Program-made: the position numbers and the translations under genes
Part shown: positions 38,077 to 50,390 of the stretch, piece after piece
How the letters are laid out: every line of letters begins with the position of its first letter
How positions within the stretch are numbered: the stretch's first letter is position 1
The notes under the pieces: model-generated
What the model saw: the letters and a program-made list of their open reading frames with translations, nothing else
Databases searched by the model: none
What the model was told of the DNA's origin: nothing
Source of the DNA: Octopus sinensis
Taxonomy: Eukaryota
Assembly: GCF_006345805.1 (NCBI RefSeq)
Contig: NC_043000.1
Coordinates: 21,948,001-22,012,000 of the forward strand
DNA length: 64,000 nucleotides
Direction of reading: 5' to 3'

Positions 38077-38362
38077 CTACAATAAATATAACAGAATAAA
38101 GTATGTATAAGTATCGTAAATGGATACCATGTAAATTTATTTTGTGGCTATATAAATACAATGCTGTAATGATAAAAATCCAAGAAGTCAACTGAAAAAC
38201 AAGGTAATTCAATCATAATGCAATAGACACGTTAAAGATTTCTAGTATGAAGTCTGCAATCTTTCTAGTTTACGGCAAACTTTAAATGCAAAAATTTTTA
38301 CTTACATTATAGGTTTGGTCAATCAAGCATCTAATGTAATCGTTTAACTATTTATTTAATAA

Positions 38363-38735
38363 CTAGCACTATGACCCGGCGTTGCCGGGTCATAGTGCTA
38401 GTGCATGCGTATACAGCTGCGTGCGTGCGCACATACATGCGAGTACTGTCCAAATCTCCAACCAATCACATACAGCTATCTGGCATTCAATTGGTGTATC
38501 AAGCTTTGGGTTTTGGATAGAAAATTCACAAAAAAGTCACTTCTATTGATATTTTAATGGTTTTGCGAGGTGACTGGGGAAATGTAAAGATGTGCACTAC
38601 CACCCTTGGACGGTTTTGAATGACCATAGAAAGTGCAAGCCCTCTAACTGAAAAATTGTGGATTTGTAGAAAGGACACACACACAGACAGACAGACATTT
38701 TGCCGTTTATATATATATATATAGAGAGAGAGAGA
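38363..38735 (-). mobile_element. Non-autonomous Helitron (DINE-1-like)
   Basis: 5' TC, (GTCT)n near the 5' end, 3' hairpin plus CTAG, inserted between A and T. Confidence 0.8.
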
Positions 38736-38844
38736 TTATGAGCCTATTGATGCTCAGGTGTACTAACAACTCATTGAAAAAGGTTAAAAGAGGAGACATT
38801 ACAAGTCAAAAAAGCTACATAGTCTTTCTTGTCCAATATTTTGA

Positions 38845-39150
38845 ATTTAGATTTGTCCCTGTTAACAGGGGTGGTTGGATCTACCTCATTCCAACAGCAA
38901 CTGCCATCTCGCCTGGTTTGGGGCATCCTCCCTCCTCAAGCCAACCCTCTCAATCTCCTCCTCCATGTTTTCTTTGACAGACCTCACTTTTGCAGTCCAT
39001 TCACTCTAAACGCAAGCACTCTCCTCAGAACATGACCCTCATCCTTCCTCAACATATGTCCATACCACTGCACTTCATTTGCCCTTGCCAGCTATTCCAC
39101 CGATTCCTTCAACCCCAGCATCCCCATCAAGTCCTCGGCTCGCCTTTCAT
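38845..39150 (-). mobile_element. RTE LINE 3' fragment
   Basis: LMGMLGLKE...QWYGHMLRKDEGHVLRR remnant. Confidence 0.75.
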
Positions 39151-39261
39151 TCAATAGTACACAAAATAAGACAGAAAAGTGGACTTTAAAAGAGCCATAA
39201 AGAGGAAAAGATGTATAAACATGTCAGGAATAATTGTGGCAAATTTCAATCGAAATCAAAT

Positions 39262-39612
39262 TTGATGACTGGCATCTGTGCTAGTGGAGCGCTAAGAGTA
39301 CCATATGAGCGTGGTCGTTGCCAGAGCAACAAACTGGCCTCTGTGCTGGTGGCACGTAAAAAGCACCATTCGAGCGGGATCGTTATCTGCATCGCCTTAC
39401 TGGCACGTGAAAAAACATTCGAGCAAGGTCGTTACCAGTGCCGCTGGACTGGCTCCTGTGCAAGTGGCACTCTCGGAGTGGTTGGCATTAGGAAGGGCAT
39501 CCAGCTGTAGAAATTCTGCCAGATCAGACTGGAATCTGGTTCGCCAGACCTCAGTCAAATCATTCAACCCATGCTAGCATGGAAAGCGGACATTAAATGA
39601 TGATGATGATTA
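39262..39612 (+). mobile_element. (GAT)n-tailed retroposon; a further decayed copy at 40210-40400
   Basis: Family core, palindrome and tail. Confidence 0.88.
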
Positions 39613-40516
39613 GCAATGCCACATAAAAATATGCAGAGCATGTCTACATCTGCTGTATAGAGAACAGTTGAACTGAGTTATTTTATTGCTGCAGAATGTA
39701 TTAAGCATTTAAAGTTTATTTAGCAAACTAAATGCTTTAACTTCTAAAGTATTTAATTGTGTGCAATTTGTAGTGTGTGTTTGTTTTTAGTATTCATTGT
39801 CCATATTTTGCTAGAGATAACTGACTTCCAACTCCTCACAGATATGGACCAAAAAATCCAATATGAATGGAGGGGGGAGAAGGCGATTACACTAAAAAAG
39901 AAAGAGTAATGGAATAATATATTTTCTCAAAATATTATACTTGGTAATTAGACATTCACACTATTATTCCAGTTTAATTCATCATTATCATAATTTATGT
40001 CCATTTTTCCATGTTGGAATATATTGAATAGGTCACAGAGTATAATTCTTATTTGGATCCTCCCAAACAGATCAGAGACCCTGCCTTGCCTAGATCTCAA
40101 ATGGTTATCTTCAACAATTTTCAGATTTTTATTCCTTAGTAGTAAGTTAATAGTCATTTTACGTCAATCCAATTATTCAGTTGGCTTTCAAGCAACTGGG
40201 CATCTTAGAAAGCACCCACGCTGGTGCCACATAAAAAGCACCCGTGCCAGTGCCGCATGAAAAGCATCCAACACACTCTGTAAAGTACTTGGCATTAAGA
40301 ATGGCATCAAGCCATAGAAGCCAAACCAAATCAGACAGAGACCTGTTCTAGCTTGCCAGCTCTGGCTAAAACTGCCCAACCCATGACAGCATGGAAAATG
40401 GACAGTAAATGATGATGATTAGGATTTTGAGACCTACTCTGTCTACTATACACACTAGTAGCAGCAGTAGTAATATTTTGTACATCTAAAAATGTCTTAA
40501 AATAAATATATTCAAC

Positions 40517-40680
40517 TACACTCACGGAGTGGTTGGCGTTAGGAAGGGCATCCAGCCGTAGAAACACTGCCAGATCAGACTGGGCCTGATGCAGCCTTCT
40601 GGCTTCCCAGACCCCAGTTGAACCGTCCAACCCATGCTAGCATGGAAAGCGGACGCTAAATGATGATGATGATGATGAAT
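40517..40680 (+). mobile_element. (GAT)n-tailed retroposon, 3' part
   Basis: Family core and tail. Confidence 0.9.
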
Positions 40681-40807
40681 GACGAAATGTTTAGTTATAT
40701 AAAGAGCACATCTGACTGCAAAAACAACTGCTCCAGTAATATATAAATGTTCACATTTTCCAAAATCACCCCCACAGATTTTTGTTGTAAAATAAATGCA
40801 AGACAAT

Positions 40808-41080
40808 TATCATCAGCATCATCATCATCGTTTAACATTCGCTTTCCATGCTAGCATGGGTTGGACGATTTGACTGAGGACTGGCGAACCAGATGGTTGC
40901 GCCAGACTCCAATCTGATCTGGCAGAGTTTCTACAGCTGGATGTCCTTCCTAACGCCAACCACTCCGAGAGTGTAGTGGGTGCTTTTAAAGTGCCACCGG
41001 CACAAGGGCCAGTCTGGCGGTACTGGCATGGCCACGCTCGAAAATGGTGTTTTTTACGTGCCACCTGCACAGGAGTCAGT
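40808..41080 (-). mobile_element. (GAT)n-tailed retroposon, inverted relative to the 40517 copy
   Basis: CAT tail followed by the reverse-complement core. Confidence 0.9.
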
Positions 41081-41349
41081 CAATGATAAAACTACTTTCC
41101 ATGTCATTTGAATTTAGAAAATGTTTGGAATATCAATATATTTTTTCATCTTTTCACAAATATTAGTGTTTCCTGATAGTAAAATAATGCATATACATAT
41201 ATCAGAACTACACATACAATAAAGCGACTTTATCTGCTTAGAAACAAAGAAGTAATATGCTTTTATAAAACTAAACACATTGTAGATAACTTCCTTTAAT
41301 CTTGATACTTGCAAGGAAGGTCACAGATGAAAATATCTAAAATGAATCT

Positions 41350-41535
41350 TAATTGCGGATATGTACTTGCATAGCAAGTGACCTGATCTGAGATCGTGTG
41401 CTGGAACGAAAACAATTGCAGCATGGAAGGTGTTTATAAGCCATTTAAGAAACACACAAAAACCGTTAGATTCACTTCAACATTTAAATTTAATTTGCCA
41501 AAATATTTTTGTCACTTTTGAGACCGCAACCTGGT
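41350..41535. mobile_element. One arm of a fold-back MITE family (other copy at 52935-53936)
   Basis: CGTTAGATTCACTTCAACATTTAAATTTAATTTG shared. Confidence 0.75.
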
Positions 41536-41629
41536 CTTAATTGGTTAAATAGAAATTAGCACAATTCATAATAAACTTAATCAGAAATAAGAGGTTAATA
41601 AAGAGAAGGTAATTAAAGAATTAACTTAC

Positions 41630-41809
41630 CTCTTCAATAGAAGATAATCGGATTCCTGCAGCAATAGACACTACTAATTTGTCAGAACTAACGAAGGGGT
41701 GGATTTCATCCAGTAGACAAGACACAACCTTCGGTTTTACTGCAATAAAAACCACCTGTGTGTTCTTGATAACTTCTTCATTCTTTGATGTTGTTGTCAC
41801 ACCTAATGT
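41630..41809 (-). CDS. PYCR: PYCR exon (TLGVTTTSKNEEVIKNTQVVFIAVKPKVV...LVVSIAAGIRLSSIEE)
   Basis: AVKP and VSIAAG motifs; 180 nt; AG/GTAAGT. Confidence 0.98.
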
Positions 41810-42559
41810 CTGGAATAGAAGGTTTCATAAAAATTTAAGATTAGGCTGGAATTTGTATATGTAAGGGAAATGGCACTCCATGTTATGGTTTTTATTGAAA
41901 AGCTTTAAGAATATCATAATAGATTCAAATTTATTTGTTACAACATGGCTGTATGGTAACAAGTTAACTTCCCAATTACATGGTTCTGGATCTTGTCCAA
42001 CTCCTCGCACCTTCAACAAGTGTCTTGGGCCAACTGTGAGTGGATTTGGTAGAAGGAAACTGAAAGAAGTCCATCATGTGTGTATGTAAATATATACATG
42101 AAAAATGAATAAAAAGGCACAGGAGTGACTGTGTGGTCAGTAGCTTGCTTGCCAACCACATGGTTCCAGGTTCCATGTGTGTGTATCTGTGTTTGTCCCC
42201 CTAACATCGCTTGACAACTGATGTTGGTGTGTTTACATCCCCGTAACTTAGTGGTTCAGCAGAAGTGACTGATAGAATAATAACAGGCTTACAAAGAATA
42301 AGTCTCAGGGTTGATTTGTTCGACTATATATGGTGCTCCAGCATGGCAACAGTCAAATGACTGAAACAAATAAAAGGATAAAAAGGGCTTTTCTGATAAT
42401 ATTATATATATATATATATATCTTTCACGTAGGCATTATGAAACTAATAACCTGGTGTACAGTAATTGCCTTTTGGACACGCTTTTTTATATACAACATC
42501 AATCATTGATGTTGTATATATTGGATCACAGGATGGCCTGCTGTGCTTACCTTGGATCG

Positions 42560-42976
42560 TAGGGCAACCTGCTGTGCTTGAGGAGACCTACTGAGTCAAG
42601 TACATCAACATCAAAATAAAAATCAAATGGAAATTGTAGTTGTGATACCTGTGCCAGTGGCACGTAAGAAGCATCATCCAAACGTGGCCAATGCCAGTGC
42701 CACCTTGTCTGGCTTCCGTGCTGGTGGCACATAAAAAGCACCAACCGATCGTGGCTGTTGCCAGCCTCTCCTGGCACATGTGTCGGTTGCACGCAAAAAG
42801 CACCCACAGCACTCACGGAGTTGTTGGCATTAGGAAGGGCATCCAGCTGTAGAAACACTGCAGATCAGACTGGGGCCTGGTGCAGCCTCCTAGCTTCGCA
42901 GACCCCGGTCAAACCATCCAACCCATGTTAGCATGGAAAATGGATGTTAAACGATGATGATGATGATGATGATGAT
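42560..42976 (+). mobile_element. (GAT)n-tailed retroposon; other copies at 43996-44270 (-), 47452-47642 (+), 62095-62335 (+), 62866-63000 (-)
   Basis: Family core and long GAT tail. Confidence 0.88.
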
Positions 42977-43212
42977 CAATGATTTCGTCACTGGTAATGC
43001 TTTCCCTGTATATTGGATAAAGTGTAAGTCATTTTTTTCCCAAATAAATTGCACTTAATATTCAAGGCTCTAATGTAACTACAGGATGCTATTCAGGCAC
43101 TCAATTAAGGACCCACAGCATCTTAGAGCAGAAAAACAGCTGTAAGCTAATGAAGTTCATAACATAACCATTGTTTCTTCTGTGTCATCTCTTTTTCCTA
43201 CATTTTTTTAAA

Positions 43213-43757
43213 AATTTGTTTCAGTCATTTGACTGCAGCCATGCTGAAGCACCACCTTTAGTCGAACAAATCGACCCCAAGACTTATTCTTTGTAAGTCT
43301 AGTACTTATTCTATCGGTTTCTTTTTGCCAAACCTCTAGGTTACGGGGACATAAACACACCAACATTGGTTGTCAAGTGATGATGGGAGGACTCACACAC
43401 AAACACACACACACATATATATATATACACAACAGGCTTCTTTCAGTTTCCATCTACCAAATCCACTCACTGTGTGGCACCTTGGGCAAGTGTCTTCTAC
43501 TATAGCCTTGTGAGTGGATTTGGTAGACGGAAACTGAAAGAAGCCCATCGTATATATGTGTCTGTGTTTGTCCCCCAACAACACTTGACAACTAATACTG
43601 GTGTGTTTACATCCCCGTAACATTAGCAGTTCGGCAAAAGAGACAGATAGGATAAGTACTAGGCTTCCAAAGAATAAGTCCTGGGGTCGATTTGCTCGAC
43701 TACAGGCAGTGCTCCAGCATGGCCACAGTCAAATGACTAAAACAAGTAAAAGAGTAC
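43213..43757. mobile_element. Head-to-head pair of CORE-like SINE copies
   Basis: 43213-43470 is the reverse complement of about 43510-43757. Confidence 0.88.
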
Positions 43758-44948
43758 AGAGTGTGTATATATATATCATCATCATCATCATCACATTCAC
43801 ACATGTCTGTGTATGTCTTTGTCCCTCATATATATAAGTAATTGGGTCAACTAAACCCTTTAAGGAAGTGCCTCAATAGGGATCCACAATAGTATTTTAA
43901 AGGTCCCTGAAAAAAAGTTGCTCTTGGTATGTATGGCAAGAAACAGCTAGGTTTCTTTCTCCAACACTTTACACGGTTCAACGTACACAAATTAATCATC
44001 ATCATCATCATCATTTAACGTCCGCTTTTCATGCTAGCATGAGTTGGACGATTTGACTGAGGTCTGGTGAACCAGACTCCAATCTGATCTGGCAGAGTTT
44101 CTACAGTTGGATGCCCTTCCTAATGCCAACCACTCCAAGAGTGTAGTGGATGCTTTTACATGCCACCGGCACGAGGGCCAGTTTGGTGGTACTGGCAACG
44201 GCCACGCCCAAATGGTGCTTTTTTTACGTGCCACCTGCACAGGAGCCAGTCCAGCGGCACTGGCGACACTAATGTGTGAAAAACAAAATACGAATTATGA
44301 AAGAAGTTTTTATAAAACTAGTTTTTAAACGTGGAATGACTGTGGAGGGTCCACCACAATATAATAGTAATAAATGATGTCCATAGATTAAAAAAAAAAA
44401 TGGTTGAGAAACCCTGGACTAAAACAGCTAAAAGATAACTGATAAGATTCAAAGCTGATTTACACCTTATCTATACCACTCAAACTAGGGGATATATTTT
44501 TTTGTTAAAAATCAAAAATTAAACCTAATGAATAGAAGCAGACTAAATTTAGATCTAACCTCATAATTCCGTGACCCTTCGTTGAAACAGTAACTCTTCC
44601 TCTTCCTTTTATATGTTAATATGTTCCCATTAGTTATCTCTTCAAAGTCTGCTCGTTATCTTAACATTTCCTGCTTATCTCCCCTCTATAATAACAAACG
44701 AACTTTATAGGGCTCCTCGATACGCTAGAAATAGCAGCCAACTCTCCCTATTGTCTTTAACCTTAGCATTCAGGTTATCTGACGAATGTAATGCTTCTGT
44801 ATTCGCATTGCTTTGAATTAATCATGCATTATCTTCATAGCTTCAAGATTGCAATGATGTGATTGTTTATTTGTGGTGAAATATTGGAATTGGCCAGTAT
44901 GAACATAAGACAGATAGAGTATTTTGGCCAGATGTGGCCATGTTGTTG

Positions 44949-44978
<30 letters not shown>

Positions 44979-44987
<9 letters not shown>

Positions 44988-45700
44988 TCACTGCCTGGAA
45001 TCGGGCATTTGGCATAGTGGTTAAGAGCGCGGGCTACTAACCCCAAGATTCCAAGTTCGATTCCAGGCAGTGACCTGAATAAAAATTATACTAATAACAA
45101 TAATAATGTAAATAATAATAATAATAATAATAATACGTGCTCTGATGCAGTACCAGGCAGTAACTCTCATGGCTTCTGATCTTAAACTGATTGGAAGTGA
45201 TATCATGTACATTGCTTTGTCTTGGTATAAAAGATGGGCTACAGCAAATATTCTGCTCAATACAACAGATTTGCTTGTCAGTTGTTTGACCGTAACCAGT
45301 TGAGCATGTCTCTTAGTGGCTGACGATATGTGCATCTCTGATCACAAGTAGAAGTAGTGGGGGAGCATCATAGCCATGTATTGAGAGTGATTCTTTGGGG
45401 TTGGAATAATTCACCTCTGGAAACATGGGTGTTTTGTTCAACATCCTTAAACAACCCTTATTCAGGAACCTTTTGAGCGGGATGGGTTACTCGACCAGAA
45501 GAAAATTCTAACTGGGCCCCACCTGCAAGGTCATGTGCTGTTTATCTTGATATGAGATCACCATGTCATGCACATATGGTTGTGATGCATGTGCCTAGTG
45601 TACCCTTATCAAACGGTTAGTCATGATGGGTATACTGGGCTTCGTATATTTTACCCCAATGTCACTTTGATGGCATGCACTGCTCTCTCACTCAATAATA
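44979..45700 (+). mobile_element. tRNA-headed repeat whose head is enclosed by a 25-bp inverted repeat
   Basis: A box TGGCATAGTGG, B box GTTCGATTCC, (TAA)n tracts. Confidence 0.7.
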
Positions 45701-45704
45701 ATAA

Positions 45705-45862
45705 CATGGAAAAATACCTTAGGAATGAGAACCCAGGTTCGAAATTTACCCAAGACACCTGATGAAAGCTGAAGAGTATATCAGCTGAAACATTGTGTTA
45801 ACAAACATGAGGACAAATATCCGTCAAATGTAAATAATTCCTCATCTCTTAAATAAAGAACT
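45705..45862 (+). mobile_element. Penelope-like terminal fragment carrying a hammerhead-like core
   Basis: CTGATGA-stem-GAAAC arrangement; partial second copy at 18803-18876. Confidence 0.55.
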
Positions 45863-45870
45863 GTAATCCA

Positions 45871-46192
45871 ATTTTGTTGTGTTTTGGGAGGGTCATTACA
45901 TCAATAATAATACACACACAGGTTCGATTTCACTTCTTTATTATTATTCAATTGGTTAGATATCTAATCGACTAATCAATCATTTGTTTAATATGTTGGT
46001 TAAATAATCAACTGGTTGTTTGTTTGTCCACCAAAGTTCTTACATTGCTGTTCGCAACCTTTTCAGTGACCGGAAGCAATCAATTTGTTGATTAGATATC
46101 TTACCAATTGACTAATGATAAAAAAGTAGAATTGAACCAGTGCATGTGTTACTATTGTTAGTATAATAAATCTCCCAAGACACAACAAAACT
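45871..46192. mobile_element. Fold-back MITE-like element with imperfect inverted arms of about 110 bp
   Basis: TCAATTGGTTAGATATCTAATC versus GATTAGATATCTTACCAATTGA, extending outward on both sides. Confidence 0.7.
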
Positions 46193-46344
46193 TGTTCCAA
46201 CATGAATGCACATAAATAATCTTTCAATCCAAATTAGCAAATCAAATATTTTACTACCAAGACTGTGAAAATGTTCTTTTCACATAGTTGCAGTTACTTG
46301 CCCAGTTTAGTTCTGTATAATTAAATAAATACAACTCAATATTA

Positions 46345-46738
46345 CTGAGCTGGCAGAATCGTTAGCACGTCGGGCAAAATGCTTAGCGGTATTTCGTCTG
46401 CCGTTACGTTGTGAGTTCAAATTCCGCCAAGGTCAACTTTGCCTTTTATCCTTTCAGAGTCGATAAATTAAGTACTGATTATGCACTGGGGTCGATGTAA
46501 TCTAGTTAATTCGTTTGTCTGTCCTTGTTTGTCTTCACTGTGTTTAGCCCCTTGTGGGTAGTAAAGAAATAGGTATTTCATCTGTCTTTATGTTCTGAGT
46601 TCAAATTCTGCCGAGGTCGACTTTGCCTTTCATCCTTTCAGGGTTGATAAATTAAGTACCAGTTGTGTACTGGGAGTGATCTAATCGACTGCCCCCTCCC
46701 AAAAAAAATTTCGGGCCTTGTGCCTAGAGTAGAAAAGA
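46345..46738 (+). mobile_element. tRNA SINE, possibly Deu/Nin-like; other copies at 51824-52050 (+), 59022-59222 (+), 63872-64000 (-)
   Basis: GCTGGCAGAATCGTTAGC head, GAGTTCAAATTCC B-box-like motif, duplicated central domain. Confidence 0.85.
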
Positions 46739-48288
46739 ATATTATTGTCCCAAAAGCAGCAGCAAGATTTGCAGTATTTCCTTATAACAAAGATAATATT
46801 CTGTAGCTATGTACAAATTGTCCAAGCCGTTCAGATCCAATGTACAGATTCACCGCTTGGACACTGATTCACTGCTTGGACACTCACCCGACACATGAAA
46901 GCAAAACTTGGTGTTACTCTCGTATGTTTATGAGCTGTCCTGAATATCTTGTGGCTAGATTTAGTGGATAGAAACTGAAAAAAGACCGTCATGTATATGT
47001 GTGTGAGTATGAATGTATGCCTGTGTCTCCTTGTCTAGATATCGCATGATTGTTATAAATGAATGTCATTCATTTCCAATATGAATATTTCTATGAAACA
47101 TGTCTGATCATGGGGAAGTATTAGATTGGCAACAAGGTTCTCAGTTGTAGAAAATCTATCTCAACAAATTCCACCCAGGCAAGACTGGAAAAATGGACAT
47201 TAGAATGATGAAGAAGATTAATAAACAACGCACAAAAAAGTTTCCACTATTTTTTACTAAATTTTTAATTCCAAATTGTAGCTTTCATTTTTAACTGTCC
47301 ATGCAAGGTGCTCCAGTAATTATATATTTTATTGGTATCCAATAAATCACAAAGAATATAAACCACAAGCATAATTTACCTGTAATAGTAGTAATATTTT
47401 ATAGTAATTATATATTGTTCAAAGCTGAATGGTGAATTCACTAGTGCTGGTGATTTGAAAAAAATTTACCCTGTACACACTGTAAAGTGTTGGGTCTTAG
47501 GAAGGGCAACCAGCCATAGAAATCATACAAAAACTGACATTGGGGCATGACACAGTCCTTGGACCCATTGGATATTATTAAACAATCCAATTCATACCAG
47601 CATAGAATATGGACATTAAATGATGACGACGATGATGATATGATCATTGTTTTAAAGTCTACTTTTTCCATCCTAGGTATGAATTGGACAAGACTTCTTG
47701 GGCCAGTATTCAATGGTTGGCTATCCATCTTGATGCCAATTCTTGTTTTCAAGTGAAGTACTTTAAAGTTCCAAATTGCAGGACATATTTTCTATGTAGG
47801 GCATAACTGTCACCACTGCATAACTGATGACATGCAAACACATGAAGAGACAAAAACACAATACAAGAGTACACAGCAAGCTTCCGTACAGTTTCTATTT
47901 ACCAGATTTCATTCACGAAGCATTAGTCAACCTGAGACTATAAGTAGAAGATATCTGCCCAAGGGACCATGCAGTGGTATCAAACTCAAATAAACATGAT
48001 TGTGAAGCAAACTTCTTAAACCACAAAAACATACATGCACCCCAATATTATATACAAAATATCATATACAAAATACCCTCTAACCCTTTAACAATATCCT
48101 GAAGTAAAGCTTAATCTTTTAGAATTTAAACCAGCCATATCCAGCCAAAATATTCTACTAGTTTTATGTTCAAATTGGCTGGATCTGCCCTCTCACACCT
48201 ACCCTACAATGTCATTGTAAACACAATCACATCATTGAAATCTTGAAGTTACAAGGTAGTGCTTGATTAATTCAGAACAATGTGAATA

Positions 48289-48571
48289 ACTACAATTTCC
48301 ATTTGATATTTGTAGTTATGATACCTGTGCCAGTGGCACGTAAAAAGCACCAACCAATCGTGGCCACTTCCAGCCTCCCCTGGCACCTGTGCCCCAGGCA
48401 CGTAAAAAGCACCCACTACACTCACAGAGTGGTTGGCGTTAGGAAGGGCATCCAGCTGTAGAAACACTGCCAGATCAGACTGGAGCCTGGTGCAGCCTCC
48501 TGGCTTCCCAGACCCGGTCGAACCGTCCAACCCAAGCTAGCATGGAAAACGGACGTTAAACGATGATGATG
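48289..48571 (+). mobile_element. 5'-truncated (GAT)n-tailed retroposon inserted in a piggyBac MITE
   Basis: 10-bp TSD AATGTGAATA (48279-48288 and 48572-48581). Confidence 0.92.
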
Positions 48572-49119
48572 AATGTGAATATATGCATTACATTTGCTAG
48601 AAAAATATGAATGCTAAAGAGTTAAGAAAATATATCAAGCCTTGTTTTAAAATAATCTAGGAGTTAAATCCCTGAGAGAGTACACATGTTTAACAGCCAA
48701 AGCACCTTGGTTTTGACCTAGTTGGGTCTTATCAGCTGCGACATAATGCTAGTTATAAGATATTCATCATCTGGTGATTCGGTGATAAGTCCACAAAAAT
48801 AATTACAATAATAGAACATGCAGAATGAGTTGTACATTACTGAAATGTGTTATTAAACAGCACAGTCTCTCACAGTGATGTACAAAGTGATATACTCAAT
48901 AAAAAAAAATATGGAGGCATCTGGTTGCATGTGTGGTGGTTGTTTACTCCCTATGCAGAGTCTGACCACCTCTTGTACTTACACTTCAGATCTATCATGG
49001 TGTCTGGTGTAGCTTCTTAAACCAGACAATGTTCTGAAAAGACACCCACATAGATTACATATCTGATTTGGACCATCAAAAGCTGCAATCATGTTCTGAT
49101 CTTTGTGGATCTTAAAATG

Positions 49120-49697
49120 TTGTTAGGTTCATCTTTCATGGCTCTGAAGATGACCAGGTCATCAGTTTTACACTTTGCAGATCTTGAGGCAGCTTATTGT
49201 GCCAATTTCAGCAAGAAATCCATGGTTACAATGGGGACACATAACAGCAGAGTCAGGACTCAGTGGGAATCTTGCTTTCCATGCAGCCCTCCACTCTCTA
49301 ACTTCTCTCACCATTTCTCATTCAGAGCATTGTACTGCAGAGTACACAGCACTACACCACAGTGATCCATCTCGAACAAGATGTTCCCAAGTAGAATGCT
49401 CTCAGTTACACATTTTCAATGTTGCCTCGAACATGTTTTTGTATCTCTTCTTTCGTCCACCACATGACTGAGACCCAACTGCTAGTTCACCAAAGATTTG
49501 TTTCGGGAATCTGGCATCAGGCATGCACACTACATGTCCACTCCACTACACTTAGAATTTGCTTAGAAAAGCATACAGGATTCACATATTAGTTCTTTTA
49601 AGCACAGATGTATTGGGAATTTTATCCTGCCACCTGAAGAATTGTTGGGTGAAAGTGATTGAGCTTTTTGAGCTTTTTGGCATGCCTTTGGTAAACT
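49120..49697 (-). mobile_element. RTE LINE 3' end with a C-terminal Zn-finger-like remnant
   Basis: WSGHVVRMPDARFPKQIFGEL...GGRKKRYK...CPHCNHGF. Confidence 0.85.
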
Positions 49698-49938
49698 TTT
49701 CTTCTTTTATTATTCTTTTACTAGTTTCAGTCATTTGACTACAGCCATGCTGGAGCACTGCCATTAGTCAAGCAAATTGACTCCAAGGCATTTTCTTTCT
49801 AAGCCTAGTACTTATTCTATTGGTTTCTTTTGTCAAACTGCTACGTTACAGGGACATATACACACCAACATTGGTTGTCAAGCAATGGTGGGGGGGGGAC
49901 AAATACAGACACCCAAATATATACATGTTCATACATAC

Positions 49939-49969
<31 letters not shown>

Positions 49970-50390
49970 GAGGTGCAATGGCCCAGTGGTTAGGGTAGTG
50001 GACTCGTGGTCGGAGGATCGTAGTTTCGATTCCCAGATCGAGCGTTTATGTGTTTATTGAGTGAAAACACCTAAAAGCTCCACGAGGCTCCGGCAGGGGG
50101 TGGTGGTGCCTCTGTTGTACTCTTTTGCCACAACTTTCTCTCACTCTCTCTTCCTGTTTCTTGAGCAACACTGCGATGGACTGGCATCCTGTCCAGCTGG
50201 GGTGGAGAACACATACATCACAGAAACCAGGAAACCAGACCCATGAGCCTGGCTAGGCTTGAAAAGGGCGACGTTTATCATTTTATATATATATATGACA
50301 GGCTTCTTTCAGAGGTGTCATGCAGTGGGACTGAACCCAGAACCATGTGGTTGGGAAGCAAGCTCCTTACCACACAGCCACTCCTACGTC
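49698..50390 (-). mobile_element. CORE-like SINE split by a second SINE (49969-50275, +) inserted in its microsatellite
   Basis: Host tail at 49698-49945 and head at 50290-50390. Confidence 0.8.

Noticed and set aside
45004-45072. tRNA gene (also SINE heads at 8130, 49969, 51324, 54278)
   Set aside because: A/B boxes present but no paired acceptor stem, and each runs into a SINE body
47290-47400. Possible PYCR exon (IITGAPCMDS)
   Set aside because: In-frame stop; the proper phase-compatible exon is at 57938-58002
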